This document shows, piece after piece, positions 59,939 through 64,000 of a stretch of DNA of 64,000 nt. The notes under the pieces were generated by a model. It saw nothing but the letters and a program-made list of their open reading frames with translations, was not told the origin of the DNA and searched no databases. Every line of letters starts with the position of its first letter. The stretch's first letter is position 1. This stretch comes from Candidatus Binatia bacterium (GTDB lineage Bacteria; Desulfobacterota; Binatia; HRBIN30), in NCBI GenBank assembly GCA_038245295.1, contig JBBRSP010000014.1, positions 75,464 to 139,463 on the forward strand, given 5' to 3'. The translations under genes and the position numbers were made by a program.

Positions 59939-61027
59939 GTGATCCGCGTTTCCCTGCCCGCCCGCATCAATATCCTCGGCAGTCCGACGGACGCCTGCGA
60001 AGGTGCCTATGGCACTATCTCGGCCGCCGTCGACGTACGCGGCGGCGCCAGCATCGAAGCGGCCGAGCTGCTGGAGTTCCATCGGCCACAGGCTTCGATC
60101 AGCTTTCCACGTCAGCGCATAGGCGAGCCCCGAGGCTTCGACATCGAAGCCGCCGCCGTAAACGCCTTGCTGGCGCATGTTCCCGAGTTTGCCGAGCGCC
60201 TGGCGCAGCGCGGCGCCCGCGTCTCGACGTGGACCGACGTGCCGGCATCGAGCGGCCTCGCCGGTTCGTCGGTGCTGCTGCTGGCGGTCCTCAGCGCCTT
60301 ACGCGCCTTCTATGAGCTCGACCCACATCGATGCAACGACTACGTCCTCGCCGAGATCGCCCAGCGTGCCGAGGAACACGAGATGGGCATCGTCTGCGGT
60401 TTCGCGGATCGCTACGTGCCGCTCTTCGGCGACATCGCCTACCTGAGCTACCACGGCAAGTTGTGGCACGCCGGGCTCGGCGACGAGCCTTTCGTAACCT
60501 ACGAAAGGCTGGGCGCCCATGTCCCACCACTGACGTTTGTCGTCGCCACCACGGGGATCAAACGCGACTCCGGTGCCGTCCACGCCCCCATGCGCCAACG
60601 CTACCTTGAGCAGCGGCGCCAGGGCAGCGGCGATCTCCTGGATCTGGCGCGCGCCATCGGCGCCACAGCCTGGCGCGGGAAAATGGCCCTGCTGCGACAC
60701 GACCTCCGGACCTTCGGTACACTCATCAATCAGAACCAGGACCTCGTCGATCAGTTGATGCGCCGCTGCGGCTTCACCGCCGGCGTCGGCGAGGAAGTCG
60801 CGGCGCTCGTCGCCGCCGCCCACGCCGGCGGCGCACTCGGCGCCAAGCTGTGCGGTGCCGGCGGCGGCGGAGCCATCTTCGGACTGCCCGAACCCGGTCG
60901 TGCCGAGCAGCTACGCGACGCGCTCCAAACCTCGGCGCTGCGCCTCGGACTCGGCGACGCCCAGGTGTTCAGCATCCCAGTATCAGCTGCTGGTCTACAC
61001 TTCGCGACCGAATCGACGGCGCCCTGA
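59939..61027 (+). CDS. GHMP family sugar kinase (glucuronokinase/heptose kinase-like); start uncertain
   Basis: PARINILGSPTD, PASSGLAGSS, CGFADRY and GAKLCGAGGGG. Confidence 0.88.
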   Translation: MIRVSLPARINILGSPTDACEGAYGTISAAVDVRGGASIEAAELLEFHRPQASISFPRQRIGEPRGFDIEAAAVNALLAHVPEFAERLAQRGARVSTWTDVPASSGLAGSSVLLLAVLSALRAFYELDPHRCNDYVLAEIAQRAEEHEMGIVCGFADRYVPLFGDIAYLSYHGKLWHAGLGDEPFVTYERLGAHVPPLTFVVATTGIKRDSGAVHAPMRQRYLEQRRQGSGDLLDLARAIGATAWRGKMALLRHDLRTFGTLINQNQDLVDQLMRRCGFTAGVGEEVAALVAAAHAGGALGAKLCGAGGGGAIFGLPEPGRAEQLRDALQTSALRLGLGDAQVFSIPVSAAGLHFATESTAP

Positions 61028-61158
61028 CCGGCCAGCAGCCTGAGCCAATCGACCAGGGCACGAGGAAGGAGAGAACTCATAAATGAAATCCTGGCTAGGA
61101 CCGCTGACCCGTCTCCTGGTCTTTTGCCACCGTGCCTGCCGGGCTAAGCATCGCTACG

Positions 61159-61767
61159 ATGCAAGTCGAACCAAACGTCGAGCGTGTCCCCTCCATTTTT
61201 CACCTTCCCCATGTGAAACTATCGAGCGCTCAGCTCTGGCAGATCTGCGGTGCCAATCCGGACTGGCGCGTCGAGCTGACGGCCCAAGGAGATCTGGTGA
61301 TCATGCCGCCCACGGGAGCGAGGACGGGTGCACGCAATCAGGAAATCAGTTTGCAGCTGGGACTCTGGGCGAAGCAGGACCAATCCGGCGTCCGTTTCGA
61401 TTCATCGACGGGGTTCGAGCTTCCCAATGGCGCGATGCGCTCGCCGGATGCGGCGTGGGTCTGCCGCGATCGTTTGGCGAGTCTGACCGAGGAACAGCGG
61501 GAGCGCTTCTTGCCGATTTGCCCTGACTTTGTAGTCGAACTGAAGTCCCCCTCGGATCTCATGGCGGACCTGCAAGAGAAGATGACGGAGTACAGGGCCA
61601 ACGGCGCGCAGCTCGGTTGGCTCATCGATCCACAGCAACGTCGAGTCTACGTGTACCGTCCGGCCGCAGCGGTGGAAGAATGGCGCGACGCGGTTACCGT
61701 CACGGGGGAACCACTGCTCCGAGGTTTTGTCCTTAAGCTCGGCAGCATCTGGGACCCAGGCGTCTAG
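61159..61767 (+). CDS. Uma2 (DUF820) family putative endonuclease
   Basis: DSSTGF.LPNGA.RSPDAAW, PDFVVEL.SPSD and KM.EY..NG..LGWLIDP. Confidence 0.93.
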   Translation: MQVEPNVERVPSIFHLPHVKLSSAQLWQICGANPDWRVELTAQGDLVIMPPTGARTGARNQEISLQLGLWAKQDQSGVRFDSSTGFELPNGAMRSPDAAWVCRDRLASLTEEQRERFLPICPDFVVELKSPSDLMADLQEKMTEYRANGAQLGWLIDPQQRRVYVYRPAAAVEEWRDAVTVTGEPLLRGFVLKLGSIWDPGV

Positions 61768-61932
61768 CCGTAAACCCAGGTGCCTGCCGCCTTCCTTCAG
61801 TTTGTCTGCGTCTTTCCCGCTCTGCGTGAGACCGCCCGCAGTTTTCTTCGCGCGCCGTCGTCCCCGCTCGCGCTTGCATAAAGGATCGCGCGGTTTGCCT
61901 TGTCTCCCGCAAACGTGCGAAGGCGGCGCGTT

Positions 61933-63429
61933 ATGAAGCGCGATCGCTACCCCATCTACGTCCTCCTCGTCTTGATGGTCGTGTACCTGTTCAACTTCCT
62001 CGATCGCCAGATTCTGTCCATTCTCGCCGAGCGCATCAAAGCCGATCTGGGCCTGGACGATTCGCAGCTCGGCTTCCTCTACGGTACGGCGTTCGCTGTC
62101 TTCTATGCCCTGTTTGGCATTCCGCTCGGGCGCGTTGCCGACATGTCGAACCGCCGCAACCTGATCGCCTTTGGCTTGGCGTTCTGGAGCGTCATGACAG
62201 CCACGTCGGCGCTGGCGCAGAACTTCTGGCAGCTGGCGATCGCGCGCATCGGTGTCGGCATTGGCGAAGCCAGCGCCAACCCGGCGGCTTATTCGATGCT
62301 CTCGGACTACTTTCCACCGCAGCGCCGCGCCACCGCGTTGGCGCTGTACTCGTCCGGTCTGTATGTCGGCGCCGGGCTCGGCCTGGGCATCGGCGGCCTC
62401 GTCGTCGATCGTTGGGAGATCGCCTACCCGCTCGGCACGGCGCCGTTCGGCTTACGTGGTTGGCAGGTAGCGTTCCTCATCGTCGGACTCCCCGGCCTGC
62501 TGCTCGCCGCGTGGGTCAGAACCTTGCGCGAGCCGCAGCGCAGCGCGCCGCTTCCCACGACGACCAGCGCCTGGCGCGAGTTCTTCTTCGAGCTGCAGTC
62601 GGTGTTGCCGCCCCTGACATTCATCTGCCTCTTCCGCCTCGGCGGCTGGCCGACACTGGGCCGCAACGTCGTCAACGCGTTGATCGTCACCGCCGCGGCA
62701 GCGCTGCTCATCCATTTCCTTGGATCACCGGCACAATGGATCGCCCTCGGCATCGGCATGTATGCCGCCGTCTCCTGGGCCCAGGCGCTGCGCCTGCGTG
62801 ACGCCAAGGCGCACCAGGCAATCCTTATGAACCCCGGCCTGCGTTATGCCGCGCTGGGCTTCGCCTTCCTCGCCTTCACCGGCTACGGACTCGGCTTCTG
62901 GGGCCCAGCTTTCTTCCAACGCTACCATCACGCCACCGCCTCTGGGGCCGGCGTTACCCTTGGCCTCAGCGCCGCCATCGCCGGCTGGCTCGGCGTCACC
63001 ATTGGCGGGTTGTGGTCGGACCGCTGGCGGCGCACCCACGAGCTGGCGCGTCTCTCCGTTGGCCAAGTGACGGCGATCCTACCGATTCCGATCGTGCTGG
63101 CCATGCTCTTCGTCAGCGACTCCAACCTCGCCTACGCCCTCAACTTCCCGGCCGGCATGGCGACTAGCTTGTGGCTCGGCCCCGGCGCATCAACCGTGCA
63201 GGACATGGTGCCGGCACGCATGCGCGCCTCAGCGTCCGCGGCCTACCTGTTGGTGATCACCTTCATCGGTTTGGCGCTCGGTCCCTACACGATGGGACAA
63301 ATCAGCCTGCGCAGCGGCGACCTGCGCAGCGGCATGCTGGTGTTCATCGCTAGCAATATTGCGGCGTTCAGTTGCTTCGCTCTGGCCAAACACCACCTAT
63401 CGGCCGCCCCCCACAGCGCGGTCTTGTAG
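61933..63429 (+). CDS. MFS transporter (spinster-like)
   Basis: NFLDRQILS, GIPLGR.AD, ARIGVGIGEA and DYFPP..R. Confidence 0.93.
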   Translation: MKRDRYPIYVLLVLMVVYLFNFLDRQILSILAERIKADLGLDDSQLGFLYGTAFAVFYALFGIPLGRVADMSNRRNLIAFGLAFWSVMTATSALAQNFWQLAIARIGVGIGEASANPAAYSMLSDYFPPQRRATALALYSSGLYVGAGLGLGIGGLVVDRWEIAYPLGTAPFGLRGWQVAFLIVGLPGLLLAAWVRTLREPQRSAPLPTTTSAWREFFFELQSVLPPLTFICLFRLGGWPTLGRNVVNALIVTAAAALLIHFLGSPAQWIALGIGMYAAVSWAQALRLRDAKAHQAILMNPGLRYAALGFAFLAFTGYGLGFWGPAFFQRYHHATASGAGVTLGLSAAIAGWLGVTIGGLWSDRWRRTHELARLSVGQVTAILPIPIVLAMLFVSDSNLAYALNFPAGMATSLWLGPGASTVQDMVPARMRASASAAYLLVITFIGLALGPYTMGQISLRSGDLRSGMLVFIASNIAAFSCFALAKHHLSAAPHSAVL

Positions 63430-63717
63430 GCACGGCTGGCCCGCCTGCAGGCGTCCGACATCACCCACCTTGAATCGGTAGATGCCACGGGAGCAGACCT
63501 CCGCCCAGGCCGGGAGCACGGACCGATAGAATAGTTGAGAAAGTTCTCACTACGACCCCTTCGGGAACGGAGGTGGCCCTATGCGCATGATCGGTGAACC
63601 GCATGAGTCGTCGATCGGGTGCGGCTTTGACGAGTGAAGAGTGAAGGCTACGCCCGACGCCCGGCCCAGAGCACCCTACCTTCTTGGAGAGTGATCTTGC
63701 GTATCACCGCGCCGCAA

Positions 63718-63761
63718 CCCCCGCCCGTGCCCGTGCCCGAACGCGGGCGGGGGCGGGGGCG
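63718..63761. repeat. Hexamer-repeat hairpin (CCCGTG-type units facing GGGGCG-type units)
   Basis: cccccgcccgtgcccgtgcccgaacgcgggcgggggcgggggcg. Confidence 0.6.
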
Positions 63762-63766
63762 AGGAC

Positions 63767-64000
63767 ATGCTTCAACGCTGGATCATGGAGCTGCTGCGAC
63801 CGCTGCTGCAGAAGTGGTTGCTCAGTCGCAAGACCAAAGCCTTCGTCGGCGCTGATCAATTCATTTATTGGCGCCAGTATGACGCGCATGCCCGGGTCGT
63901 GCCGGATATCTACGTCCTGCCGGGCATCGATCCGACCACCTATGTGCGCACCTGGAAGCTGTGGCTTGATCGCGTCGTGCCGAGCTTTGCCATGGAGATC
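63767..64000 (+). CDS. Second Uma2-family protein, runs off the window end; N-terminus possibly truncated
   Basis: MLQRWIMELLRPLL...FVGADQFIYW...VPDIYVLPG...WKLW...P.FAMEI; in-frame TGA upstream at 63692. Confidence 0.75.
   Translation, partial: MLQRWIMELLRPLLQKWLLSRKTKAFVGADQFIYWRQYDAHARVVPDIYVLPGIDPTTYVRTWKLWLDRVVPSFAMEI

Overview
A GC-rich bacterial chromosomal window with about 49 protein genes. The dockerin-like, Cys-rich and MYXO-CTERM-like secreted proteins and the F420-type enzymes suggest a Binatia- or myxobacteria-like deltaproteobacterium (inference). Most genes serve acyl-CoA, lipid and central-carbon metabolism: two acyl-CoA dehydrogenases, two CoA ligases, a DUF35/thiolase pair, methylmalonyl-CoA mutase with MeaB, and a cluster of pckG, mcl, ecm(meaA), 3-hydroxyacyl-CoA dehydrogenase, thiolase and malic enzyme that points to the ethylmalonyl-CoA pathway. 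There are five large secreted modular proteins. I found no rRNA, tRNA, CRISPR array, transposase or prophage. Most unusual observations: (1) a free-standing 160-aa intein-type Hint domain with every splicing residue replaced but a Cys at each splice junction; (2) a ~160-bp MITE inserted into the loop of a REP palindrome at two loci, carrying its own REP and apparently re-inserted into itself to give a 45-bp-period nested array; (3) an operon of phytoene-desaturase-like flavoprotein, acetoacetate-decarboxylase-like protein and a disrupted kinase-AAA-TPR gene, head-to-head with a SAM methyltransferase with essentially no intergenic space; (4) a four-helix-bundle gene flanked by 9-mer repeats, with similar solo short-period repeats elsewhere. 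All calls come from motif recognition by eye; no database searches were run.
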